In this document: positions 55,484 to 64,000 of the stretch, in pieces
Position numbering within the stretch: position 1 is the stretch's first letter
Layout: every line of letters starts with the position of its first letter
Assembly: GCA_965208675.1 (NCBI GenBank)
Contig: OZ242351.1
Location: forward strand, 4,416,001 to 4,480,000
Origin: Candidatus Poribacteria bacterium
GTDB lineage: Bacteria > Poribacteria > WGA-4E > PCPOR2b
Direction of reading: 5' to 3'
DNA: 64,000 nucleotides
Program-made: the position numbers and the translations under genes
Notes under the pieces: generated by a model
Database searches by the model: none
Seen by the model: only the letters and a program-made list of their open reading frames with translations
What the model was told of the DNA's origin: nothing

Positions 55484-55704
55484 GCCGCAACTGAAGTTTC
55501 CGATGCAACCGATCACTAAAACCATCGCCCCATTTTTTGTGTGTGAGAATACAACCACATGCCTCTAATTCCCTCGGAAACATACAATTGAAGGTAGAGT
55601 CTGCGCGTCAATACCACAGAAGGAAAAGGGGCATTTCCCGGATTCTCATCCGTAAGCAGACGCAACTTGTACACAAAGCCGCAGCCGCAATCGGGGAGTA
55701 TTGA

Positions 55705-56958
55705 ATGACACGCGATGAAGCACTGCGCATCTTGGGATTGGCTAGCACGGCAAATCCCAACGATATTAAAAAGGCATACCGGAACCTCGTCAAAATTACA
55801 CATCCGGATAGAGATAGTTCCCCCGGTGCACAACAACGCTTTATACTTGTACAAACCGCATATGAGATTTTATCCGATCCATACCAACAATCTCGGTATG
55901 AACAAGAACAGGCGAGACGAGAACGCGCCGCGCGGGAGCGGGCTGAGCGGGAACGACAAGAACGGGAAGACAGAGAAAGAGTAGAGCGGGAAGCACGGGC
56001 GAGAGCAGGACGAGAACATCAGGAACGTGAAAGGGCAGAAAAAGAACGCCAAGAACAAGAAAGTCAGAGGAAAAAGGATGACAACAAAATTGGCGATTAC
56101 ATAGGCGGAGGATGTGGTTGCTTGATTATTTTCGGCATTATATCTGCCATAATTGGTGGGATACAAGATTCATGCGATGAAAGAACGCCGAAGGCGCGTG
56201 CAATTAAACACGTTATTTCTGAGCAATATGCCGATGCCATCGAAGATTTTGATGAGGCAATACGGCAAGACGCTACAGATGCGGACGCATATGCCCGCCG
56301 CGGCAAAGCTAAAGCTAAATTACAGCAGTACAACCATGCTATTAAGGATTATGATGAAGCGATTCGATTGGATTCTGATAATGCTAGTATTTATATCGAT
56401 CGAGGCTATGCAAAAAATAACCTAGAGCAATATTCTGAGGCCATTAAGGACTATGACGAAGCAATACGGCTAAGTCCAAAACACATGAGGCATGACTTTA
56501 CCTATGCGCTGCGTGGATATGCAAAAATCAAATTAGAACAATATCAAGATGCCATTAAAGACTTCGACCAATCAATACGATTGGATTTTAGTAAAAGGTA
56601 TACAACTATTACGTATACGTATCGTGGTTGGGCAAAATATAACCTAGGTTATTATCGGGCGGCAATATACGACTACAACGAAGTTATACACCTGAAATCT
56701 GAATATGTCTGGGATGCGTATAGTGATCGCGGGCTCTGCAAGGCTCAGCTTGGGCAACATGCTGGTGCAATTGAGGATTACAATGAGGCGATAGAACTCA
56801 AACCCGACAGCGCGGCGGCATATTATCGCCGCGCCTTGTCTTATATGGAATTGGGGCAGGAAGTCGAATCCAACAAAGATTTCGATAGAGCAATGGAACT
56901 TGCCCAAGAACAAGGTGATACAGAACTACAGAAGAAAATCAGGAGTGCTCGCGAATAA
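55705..56958 (+). CDS. DnaJ-domain, single-TM, TPR-repeat protein
   Basis: J-domain with HPD; E/R-rich linker; hydrophobic helix; about seven AI.DY.EAI.L TPR units. Confidence 0.9.
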   Translation: MTRDEALRILGLASTANPNDIKKAYRNLVKITHPDRDSSPGAQQRFILVQTAYEILSDPYQQSRYEQEQARRERAARERAERERQEREDRERVEREARARAGREHQERERAEKERQEQESQRKKDDNKIGDYIGGGCGCLIIFGIISAIIGGIQDSCDERTPKARAIKHVISEQYADAIEDFDEAIRQDATDADAYARRGKAKAKLQQYNHAIKDYDEAIRLDSDNASIYIDRGYAKNNLEQYSEAIKDYDEAIRLSPKHMRHDFTYALRGYAKIKLEQYQDAIKDFDQSIRLDFSKRYTTITYTYRGWAKYNLGYYRAAIYDYNEVIHLKSEYVWDAYSDRGLCKAQLGQHAGAIEDYNEAIELKPDSAAAYYRRALSYMELGQEVESNKDFDRAMELAQEQGDTELQKKIRSARE

Positions 56959-57072
56959 TCGTGGGAAATTCACCAGACAGTTTGGATTTCGGAGGTGGTT
57001 TGAATATCTAATCTCGAACCGATCGAGGTCTAGCCTTTAAGACGTGTGAAAACGTGTGGGGGTATGATTACT

Positions 57073-58179
57073 TTATTTTGTCGTTGTTTCGCCAAATAGC
57101 CGCAGAATTGCGGCAGCGGCAGTCTGAGTGTCTCGGAGCGGTTCAACTGGCGAAGAATCTGCCAGCGCGCGCGCAATGTCTTCCTCCAGATTCTTTATGT
57201 TGCTCCACCTGACAGATGCACGACGCATGATTTCTTGATAAACTCGGTTGCGCTTGGGATGCCGGCGTGTCTTGCGGTCAACCTCCAGAATAATCACCCG
57301 ACGGCCGCTGCTTGCGGCTTCGCAGACCATCGAAAAGCTGTCTTCGGTGACAACCACAAGATCGGACAATGCGAGAATCTGATTAACCGGATTGGCCAGG
57401 CTATTCCCACGGTGCGCCAATACGAGGATTGGGCAAAGCGCTGTGTTCGACATCCGCACACCAATCAGATTTTCAATGTCGATCGGAGTGCGGCGGGACG
57501 TTGTCAACAGAATTTGACAGTTGCGTGTTTCAGCGCTTCGGCATAAAACTTCAATCAGATGAGTTGCTGTATCACCGCTGATTCCCGCATAGCGGTCCTC
57601 ACCGCCGATGAGCACGCCAATCCGCCGGTGGTTTGGGGCATGGATAACCGTCGCGCCAATGTTGGAGTTTTCAAGATATTGGGTACGCCAAGCGTCTAAA
57701 TCTGCGGGCGAGATTCCGTTCGGCACGCCGATGGTCTTACATACATTGTTTCTGTCACGGCGGGGCCAGTGCATTCTGGGAAGGATAGCAAGATTAAAAT
57801 GCAAAATGCCGAGCGGCGACGGGCGGCGGCAGGTAACAGTCTTTGCGTGGAAAAGCTGTCCGAGAAGCAAGTTGACGGCGGCAACGGACGACCCTGTTGA
57901 GAGGATAAAATCTGCGTGTTCAATCGCGTCGAGTTGGTTTAACACGTTTCGTTCCAGCCCCATGCGCAGGGCACGCCTGATGAACCCGCGCCGTAGTCTA
58001 AATCTTCCAAATATGCGCATCAGCACACGCAGGAGGTTATCCCGCCCTTTGCTGCGGAAGGCAATGTCTAGCAACTGAAAGCTGCACTCAGGGAGCTGTT
58101 GTATCACGCCTAGCGACTGGTTGTAATGACCCGGTTTACCGTCACTCAAGACAATCGCATGGATGGTAGATTTGGACAT
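57073..58179 (-). CDS. ELM1/GtrOC1 family putative glycosyltransferase
   Basis: LSDGKPGHYNQSLG; GVLIGG; TTSRRTP; VVTEDSFSMVCEAASSG. Confidence 0.85.
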   Translation of the reverse strand: MSKSTIHAIVLSDGKPGHYNQSLGVIQQLPECSFQLLDIAFRSKGRDNLLRVLMRIFGRFRLRRGFIRRALRMGLERNVLNQLDAIEHADFILSTGSSVAAVNLLLGQLFHAKTVTCRRPSPLGILHFNLAILPRMHWPRRDRNNVCKTIGVPNGISPADLDAWRTQYLENSNIGATVIHAPNHRRIGVLIGGEDRYAGISGDTATHLIEVLCRSAETRNCQILLTTSRRTPIDIENLIGVRMSNTALCPILVLAHRGNSLANPVNQILALSDLVVVTEDSFSMVCEAASSGRRVIILEVDRKTRRHPKRNRVYQEIMRRASVRWSNIKNLEEDIARALADSSPVEPLRDTQTAAAAILRLFGETTTK

Positions 58180-58237
58180 AATCCGTACGCCTAAAACTCA
58201 AACATAAGCAGATTCCACCCTGAACAGTCATTGCCAA

Positions 58238-58582
58238 TCAAAACTCTCCCAGTGCTGCTTCTTCGGAATCGAATACGTCAATACTCTGGGACAGGCCAAT
58301 CACGTCGAAGAGCTCACGTGTTTGATCAGAAGTATGCGCTACGCGCAAAACACGGCCAGTGTTTCGCGCTTGCCAAATCAACTTGACGATGAGCCCAAAG
58401 CCGCCGCTTGTTATAAAACTCTGCTGATCGAAGTTAATCAGGATTTTGGTTAGTCCTTCGTTCTGCACCTGCTGATATGCGGTGTCCATCTCCTTTTCCG
58501 ATCCTTCTGTTAGGGAACCTGTCACGTCAACTATCGCCACGTCCCCAACTTTCCTGACTGAAATGTGGGTTTTTGACCACAT
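58238..58582 (-). CDS. STAS-domain anti-sigma factor antagonist
   Basis: VAIVDVTGSL; FITSGGFGLIV (phospho-Ser region); SEEAAL. Confidence 0.88.
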   Translation of the reverse strand: MWSKTHISVRKVGDVAIVDVTGSLTEGSEKEMDTAYQQVQNEGLTKILINFDQQSFITSGGFGLIVKLIWQARNTGRVLRVAHTSDQTRELFDVIGLSQSIDVFDSEEAALGEF

Positions 58583-58627
58583 GCTTCTCCTTTTAGTTAT
58601 GTTTTCTCAAATTGAGATGTCAGCGGC

Positions 58628-60451
58628 TTAATTCAGTATTTGCGTATCCATATCCGGATTAACGTTCGGCGTTTGCGGAAGCCCCGGCTCGACAAACAAC
58701 GTCTTTTCGCGGGTGTATGTCACAAAACCGGGGGCGCTGCCTTTGGGTTTAACGACATACCGCGCCCACGTATAATCGACTGGAGCATAACTTGTATGGC
58801 GCGCCTTGCTGAAAAATGCTGCTATTTGGGCGGCTTGTAGTAGTGTTGGCATTGGAATATCGGGTCTGTTTTCAGGGTTTCGGATAATCACGTGTGAGCC
58901 GTGAATCTGTTTTGCGTGAAGCCACATATCCCGAGCGGTGGCAATCTGGCGGAGAAGGAGGTCATTCTCCTTGCTATTCCGTCCAACGTACATTTGAAAG
59001 CCGTTAGGCGAGGTAAACTTGCGAAATGTAGTCTCGCTTATCGCCTTCTTCTTGCCCCCTTTTCTCGACTTTATCCATCTCTTTGCCACAAACTCTGTGC
59101 GTATTGCGAGAAGTTCTTCCATCGTGCTCGCCTTCTCAACTTCCAACGCATAAGCCCGTAATACCTCCTGCTCCGCGGTGTTGTCAGCGATTAACTGAAT
59201 AATGACGGAACGCCCGCGTTTCGCCTTTGTGTAGCGTTTGAAGTATTGTTGCACATTTTCAGATGAACTGCGTTGCGGATCGAGTTCGATTTTAACGGGA
59301 TCCATTCCCGGACTGTAATAATTCTGTACTTCGACGCACGTTTGCCCGCGTTTGATACTATGAAGATTTGCCGTCAGAAGTTCGCCCTTTATCCGATAGT
59401 CATCAGCCTTGTCTGAATCCGCCAAATCCTGATGCAGCGAGACCAGCTTCCGATCGATTACAGTGCTCAGTTTGTCTAAAACTTGGTTCAGTGCGTGCCG
59501 TTCCAGCTTAATTGCCTCAACACGGCTTATCGTGTCGTAGTAAGCGCGGATTGCCTCATTCATGGTTTCGAATGGAATGCTTTCGGTATGCGGGAATTGA
59601 CGCAACGGCATCGCAGATACGGCAATCAGGTGACTGCTATCGTTCAGTAGTTCCAGCGCCGATTTAGTTTCCGGCATTACGGCTTCATTGGGTCCGGTGT
59701 CTTCATCAAAGTTCGCGATTAATATCTGCGGCTGGCTGTGCACTGGATTGAACGGTACAATAATCTGCTGGTATGCCTCCCACAACTGATGGGGAGTCGG
59801 ACTATCGCCGGCGCGCACAATTATCTCTTTAGCGAGTGCCGGGCTTAAACCATCAATCCGATTGAATAAAAATTTCCAGTTAAGTTCGCTCTGATTTTCA
59901 ATCAAGGCAGCAAACGTCCCATAATTCAGAGTTAGCGGGTGCAACTTCTCCTGCCTCGGCGGGGGCGTGTAATTTAAACCCGGCAGAATTTCACGATATC
60001 GGCTGACTGTTCCGTCAATATGCTTGATGCTCTCAAGGATTTTGCCGGTGGCTTCGTCAACCAAAATGATGTTACTATGTTTGCCCATAAACTCTGCAAC
60101 GATTGACCGGCGAGACAGATCGATAACGTCGGATTTAGGTTCGATAGTGATTTTTAGCACGCGATCCCAGCCCATCTGTTCGATGGCGGTGATTTTTCCA
60201 CGGGCGATGTGCTTCATCAAGAAATCCGCAAAATGCGAATCTTCATGTACGTTCGAGGGCCGTTCAATCAGATGCGTTCGCGCCTGAACGGGATGTGCTG
60301 AAATGAGCAGGCGGTAGGTTTCGGCTTTCTGAGAAATCTTCAACGCGATGCTCTGGCGATCCAACTGCTCAATATGGCGAATCTGCCCGTTGAGAATTGT
60401 ACCGCGTAGTTCATGAACCACAAGATGTAAAGCTAAGCTGTCGAACGACAT
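58628..60451 (-). CDS. rqcH: Ribosome quality-control factor RqcH (NFACT/FbpA family)
   Basis: MSFD N-terminus, WDRVL, EFMGKHSNIILVD, YFKRYTKAK, VGRNSKEND, WLHAK..HGSHV, VDYT. Confidence 0.92.
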   Translation of the reverse strand: MSFDSLALHLVVHELRGTILNGQIRHIEQLDRQSIALKISQKAETYRLLISAHPVQARTHLIERPSNVHEDSHFADFLMKHIARGKITAIEQMGWDRVLKITIEPKSDVIDLSRRSIVAEFMGKHSNIILVDEATGKILESIKHIDGTVSRYREILPGLNYTPPPRQEKLHPLTLNYGTFAALIENQSELNWKFLFNRIDGLSPALAKEIIVRAGDSPTPHQLWEAYQQIIVPFNPVHSQPQILIANFDEDTGPNEAVMPETKSALELLNDSSHLIAVSAMPLRQFPHTESIPFETMNEAIRAYYDTISRVEAIKLERHALNQVLDKLSTVIDRKLVSLHQDLADSDKADDYRIKGELLTANLHSIKRGQTCVEVQNYYSPGMDPVKIELDPQRSSSENVQQYFKRYTKAKRGRSVIIQLIADNTAEQEVLRAYALEVEKASTMEELLAIRTEFVAKRWIKSRKGGKKKAISETTFRKFTSPNGFQMYVGRNSKENDLLLRQIATARDMWLHAKQIHGSHVIIRNPENRPDIPMPTLLQAAQIAAFFSKARHTSYAPVDYTWARYVVKPKGSAPGFVTYTREKTLFVEPGLPQTPNVNPDMDTQILN

Positions 60452-60550
60452 GGTGCATACCTCTTAAGCGGCCGGCAAAAAAGGCTGGGGTTTCTCCAAG
60501 AAGATAAGCAGGCGATGCGGTTTTTATTTAGGATACCTGCACGCTGTAGG

Positions 60551-61459
60551 TTATAAAATCGTGCCGGATTGTTTTTTGCTGTCCAATCCCAATTGCCCCG
60601 CCAAATCGTCAACAAATTGCCGGGCAACGCGGCCCGAACGTCCGCTTGATGCAGTTTCCCATTCCAAAGCGGCGCGATGGAGGTCGTCCATCGGCATGGA
60701 CAACCCTTCTTTTTGGGCATAATGTGAAACGATTTTCAAATAAGTGTCTTGCGGGATGCGATAGAAAACCAGCCTTAACCCAAACCGATCGCTCAAGGAT
60801 ACCTTCTCTTCGGTTGATTCGCGTGGATATAGCTCGTCTTCATCGCTACTCGGGAACTGATTTTCGCGGACCTGCCGCGGCATCAGATGCCGTCGATTTG
60901 ATGTTGCATAGATAATGGTGTTTTTAGGTCGGGCGGCGATGCCGCCTTCCAGCATGGCTTTCAGCTCTCTGTATGCCGCCTCTCCTTCGCTGAAGGAAAG
61001 GTCATCGCAAAAGAGGATGTATCTTTCAGAACGCCCCCACAGCAGGTCGGAAATCTCCTGCAGGTGAAGTAAGCCCTCCTTGTTCACTTCAATGAGCCGC
61101 AAACCGTCCGGCGCGTAGCGATGGAGTATACCCTTAACGAGCGATGATTTACCCGTACCGCGATCGCCCCAGAGCAAGACATGGTTCGCTGGTAGACCGC
61201 GAAGGAATTGCAGCGTATTTCGATTCAAGGTTTCAATCTGCCGTTCAATGTCAATCAGATCGGCGATGTCAACGAGGTCTGGACGTTTGACGGGAATCAA
61301 ATGCCCCCACCCATCGTGGTTTCTCCACCTAAACGCGATGTAATTGTCAAGGGAATCGGTGGGATTTTGCGAAGACTCCGCAGTATTAGCCAATAGCGAC
61401 TCCGCTTTGTCAATGAGCCGCTCCAGTCGAGAAATAACCGTTTCCCAATTGTTAGCCAT
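60551..61459 (-). CDS. DUF815 family AAA+ ATPase
   Basis: WGDRGTGKSS; FCDDLSF; YATSNRRHLM; EKVSLSDRFGL; RSGRVARQF. Confidence 0.92.
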   Translation of the reverse strand: MANNWETVISRLERLIDKAESLLANTAESSQNPTDSLDNYIAFRWRNHDGWGHLIPVKRPDLVDIADLIDIERQIETLNRNTLQFLRGLPANHVLLWGDRGTGKSSLVKGILHRYAPDGLRLIEVNKEGLLHLQEISDLLWGRSERYILFCDDLSFSEGEAAYRELKAMLEGGIAARPKNTIIYATSNRRHLMPRQVRENQFPSSDEDELYPRESTEEKVSLSDRFGLRLVFYRIPQDTYLKIVSHYAQKEGLSMPMDDLHRAALEWETASSGRSGRVARQFVDDLAGQLGLDSKKQSGTIL

Positions 61460-61578
61460 GTTTCCGATGATTCTAACCTTCTTAATGATTTGTGTGTATC
61501 TCGATTATACCATAAATGAACCTTGCACCAAATAATAAAAAGCCGGAAGTTGAACTTCATACAAAATTCCCCCTTCAC

Positions 61579-61607
61579 TTGACAGGGGTGGGCAAATACA
61601 GTATAAT
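61579..61607 (+). promoter_or_regulatory. Consensus sigma70 promoter upstream of argF
   Basis: TTGACA-N17-TATAAT. Confidence 0.85.
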
Positions 61608-61820
61608 CAACGGTATCTTTGCGCACGGAAAAACTGTTGGATTTGGCAAGAACTATGTGCTAAATAGGCGTTTCTGCACCCCCGCAAATAGAGGCGCTTC
61701 GAGAATTCATTTGTTGCACAAGAGCTAGGATTGAAAACGCGGCGGGCGCCCCTCAAGGACAGGTTCTAACCGCCGGAACTCACGCGGCGATGCGTTGGGT
61801 TATCTGCACTGGAGGCTATC

Positions 61821-62741
61821 ATGCATCTAATTACGCTTAAAGACTGGTCTAATGCAGATGTAATGGAAGTTGTAGAAAACAGCATCGCTATCAAAAAACA
61901 CCCAGGACAATACTCGGACGCCATGGACGGGCGAAGCCTTGCCTTGCTCTTTCAGAAAACCTCTACGCGGACACGTTGCGCCGGAGAGGTGGGCATGACG
62001 CAATTGGGTGGACACGGCATGTACCTCGACTGGCAAACCACGAATTTCACCCTCGCCGATTTAGGAGATGAAATTCGGGTGCTGTCGACTTATGTGGATA
62101 TAATCCTTGGCCGTTTCTTAAAGCATGCAGATGTCCTGCGTGCTGCCGAGTGCGCAACCGTTCCCATCATAAACGGGTGCTGCGATCGATACCACCCGAC
62201 GCAAGCATTGGGCGATCTCATGACGATACAGGAAAACCTAGGCCGCCTAGAAGGCGTTAAACTCACGTATGTCGGCGTACATAATAACGTTTGCAATTCT
62301 TTGATTGCCGCAGGCCTTAACGTAGGCATGGAAGTAACCGCAGTTACGCCCGAAATCAATCCGGCGGCAGTCGATGAGCAGCTGTTTGAGGATGCGCGAA
62401 AAGCAGGTTGCTTCACAGTGTCAGATCAACTCCAGGCTGCAATCGCAAAAAGTGACGTTGTTTATACGGATACGTGGATCGATATGGAGTTTTTTCTGGA
62501 TTCGGGGTTCAAAGCGGAAAAAGAGCGGCGTATCCAATTATTTATGCCCTATCAGTTGAATCGGGATTTGCTGGATGGACACGATGTTTTGATTATGCAC
62601 TGCCTCGCTGCCCATCGCGGCTACGAAATTTCTGACGACATCATGGACGATCCACGGTCAATTGTGTTTGAGCAAGCGGAGAACCGGCTTCATAGTATGA
62701 AAGCCCTGATGCTGAAGATTTTAGAAACAAATAATGAGTAA
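61821..62741 (+). CDS. argF: Ornithine carbamoyltransferase-family enzyme
   Basis: FQKTSTRT, HPTQ, NNVCNSL, QAENRLH; variant motifs DTWIDME and HCLA. Confidence 0.82.
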   Translation: MHLITLKDWSNADVMEVVENSIAIKKHPGQYSDAMDGRSLALLFQKTSTRTRCAGEVGMTQLGGHGMYLDWQTTNFTLADLGDEIRVLSTYVDIILGRFLKHADVLRAAECATVPIINGCCDRYHPTQALGDLMTIQENLGRLEGVKLTYVGVHNNVCNSLIAAGLNVGMEVTAVTPEINPAAVDEQLFEDARKAGCFTVSDQLQAAIAKSDVVYTDTWIDMEFFLDSGFKAEKERRIQLFMPYQLNRDLLDGHDVLIMHCLAAHRGYEISDDIMDDPRSIVFEQAENRLHSMKALMLKILETNNE

Positions 62742-62783
62742 AGCTTAAATTATCCATAACCTGATAAAATCCCAAATCTGCAC

Positions 62784-63653
62784 ATGTCCCAATCTACCCT
62801 CATTCCCATCAGAACCCGCGATGAAATCGAAATTGACGAGCTATTGACAACGATTCAAGCGAAGCGGGATCAGGTCGCCGACATGACCCTTGAGTTAGAG
62901 GAGCTCAAGCTGGATGTTCGCCGGTTTGAGAGCGAATATAATGCGCGCGTTGGACGATATTATATTGAGCTAGACAAAGTCGACCTCTTAACCAAGGAAC
63001 AGAGGCTGCGGTTGCGCTTATTGAAAGAGGGGGTATCCCCCGATAGTCCGGATATGGAAAAACGGATTGAATCCTGTTTCCGTTCGGAACGCCTGCGGTT
63101 GGCAGACTATGAGCGGGAGATAGGTTCGAATGAAGATGCCTTCAACCAGTCAAAATCCCAGTCGATTCCACCGGAACAGATGAAGCAGCTTCGCGGGCTT
63201 TATCTTAGGCTCGCAAAGACATACCACCCGGACAAGGCGAACTGTGAAGGCGAACAAGATGAACGGAAGCAGATGATGCTGCTGATTAATCGTGCTTACG
63301 AGGATCGAGATATTCAGACGCTCAAGCGGATAAACATTAAGATTGAACCCGAAGTCGAATCAGTTGAGGAGACAACACAACAACGCAGGAAACGGCTGTC
63401 ACAGGAAATGAATCGGTTGATGCGCGTCCTAGGCGAATTGCGACTAGAAATCAATAAAATTAAATCGAGCAAGACCTATCATTTCAAACAGGAAGTTAAA
63501 CGGTCCCGTGAAAGCGGTGCGGATCTCTTGGCGCGTCTGGTTAGGGACTTGCAGCAAAAAATAAATGCCAACAAACGGCGCCTAACAGTTTTGATTGAAC
63601 AGTTCCAACAATTCAGTCGAAAGTTGATGGAAAATCAGGAAAATGTTCTGTAG
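62784..63653 (+). CDS. Coiled-coil protein with an internal J-domain
   Basis: LRGLYLRLAKTYHPDK...INRAY flanked by long heptad helices. Confidence 0.8.
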   Translation: MSQSTLIPIRTRDEIEIDELLTTIQAKRDQVADMTLELEELKLDVRRFESEYNARVGRYYIELDKVDLLTKEQRLRLRLLKEGVSPDSPDMEKRIESCFRSERLRLADYEREIGSNEDAFNQSKSQSIPPEQMKQLRGLYLRLAKTYHPDKANCEGEQDERKQMMLLINRAYEDRDIQTLKRINIKIEPEVESVEETTQQRRKRLSQEMNRLMRVLGELRLEINKIKSSKTYHFKQEVKRSRESGADLLARLVRDLQQKINANKRRLTVLIEQFQQFSRKLMENQENVL

Positions 63654-63876
63654 GTCACTTGCCGCTGCAAAATAGATTTTGCAGCCATTGAAGTCAATTG
63701 GGCGATAGCAGCTTGTCTCATATCTAGCCGCCCCTGCAAAAACGCTTGGATTAAATTGTTCGATGTGTTATAATTTCAATCATTACGGCGCAGTTGATTT
63801 CAATATGTATCTGCGTTTGGACTGAAGAGATTTAACCCCAAATAAAAAAATATCCATTTTCAAGGAGGCATTAATA

Positions 63877-64000
63877 ATGGCGCATGAATTACCCGCGTTG
63901 CCGTATGCTCACGAAGCGTTAGAACCTCATATAGACGCGCGAACCATGGAAATCCATCACGGCAAGCATCATCAAACCTATGTCAACAATGTCAATGATG
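63877..64000 (+). CDS. sodA: Fe/Mn superoxide dismutase, N-terminal part (runs off the window end)
   Basis: Not in the ORF track. [38 protein letters not shown]; AAGGAGG RBS; TTGGAT-N17-TATAAT at 63746-63774; metal specificity cannot be fixed from this fragment. Confidence 0.9.
   Translation, partial: MAHELPALPYAHEALEPHIDARTMEIHHGKHHQTYVNNVND

Noticed and set aside
55516-55854. Minus-strand 112-aa ORF and similar antisense ORFs inside icd, gltB, the nuo genes and the flotillin gene
   Set aside because: Shadow frames of well-supported genes on the opposite strand.
52696-57070. tRNA-anchored genomic island or prophage
   Set aside because: No integrase, no duplicated tRNA 3' end found by eye, and no phage genes.
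61690-61810. GC-rich possible hairpins in the argF leader
   Set aside because: Pairing is weak and no known arginine-related RNA motif or ARG box was recognised.

Overview
Bacterial chromosomal window (about 50% GC) made up mostly of housekeeping genes. The gene content (DUF6785-like polytopic membrane protein, PorV/PorQ-like beta-barrel, GTAG-type REP repeats of the GGTGCGGTTTCCAACCGCACC kind) resembles Candidatus Poribacteria or a related lineage; this is an inference, not a determination. Core loci: ureE-ureF-ureG without structural urease genes, tilS-hpt, a divergent citrate synthase-icd-mdh operon beside gltB (no gltD), an 11-gene nuoABCDHIJKLMN complex I operon lacking nuoEFG, tRNA-Gln(CTG) and tRNA-Glu(CTC), a RecQ-family helicase, rqcH, argF and the start of a superoxide dismutase gene. 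No CRISPR array, integrase, transposase or prophage gene was seen. The most unusual signals are: (i) a mosaic of co-oriented REP-like elements in the first 5.4 kb, including five 101-103 nt cassettes with conserved ends and three different interiors; (ii) a NuoI with an extra ~50-aa beta domain between its Fe-S motifs in a complex lacking the NADH-input module; (iii) a highly divergent citrate synthase; (iv) a TsdA/SoxA-like diheme cytochrome; (v) a beta/gamma-crystallin protein next to a repeat-expanded flotillin; (vi) a candidate CU-rich sRNA or leader upstream of gltB. All family calls come from manual motif recognition; no searches were run.
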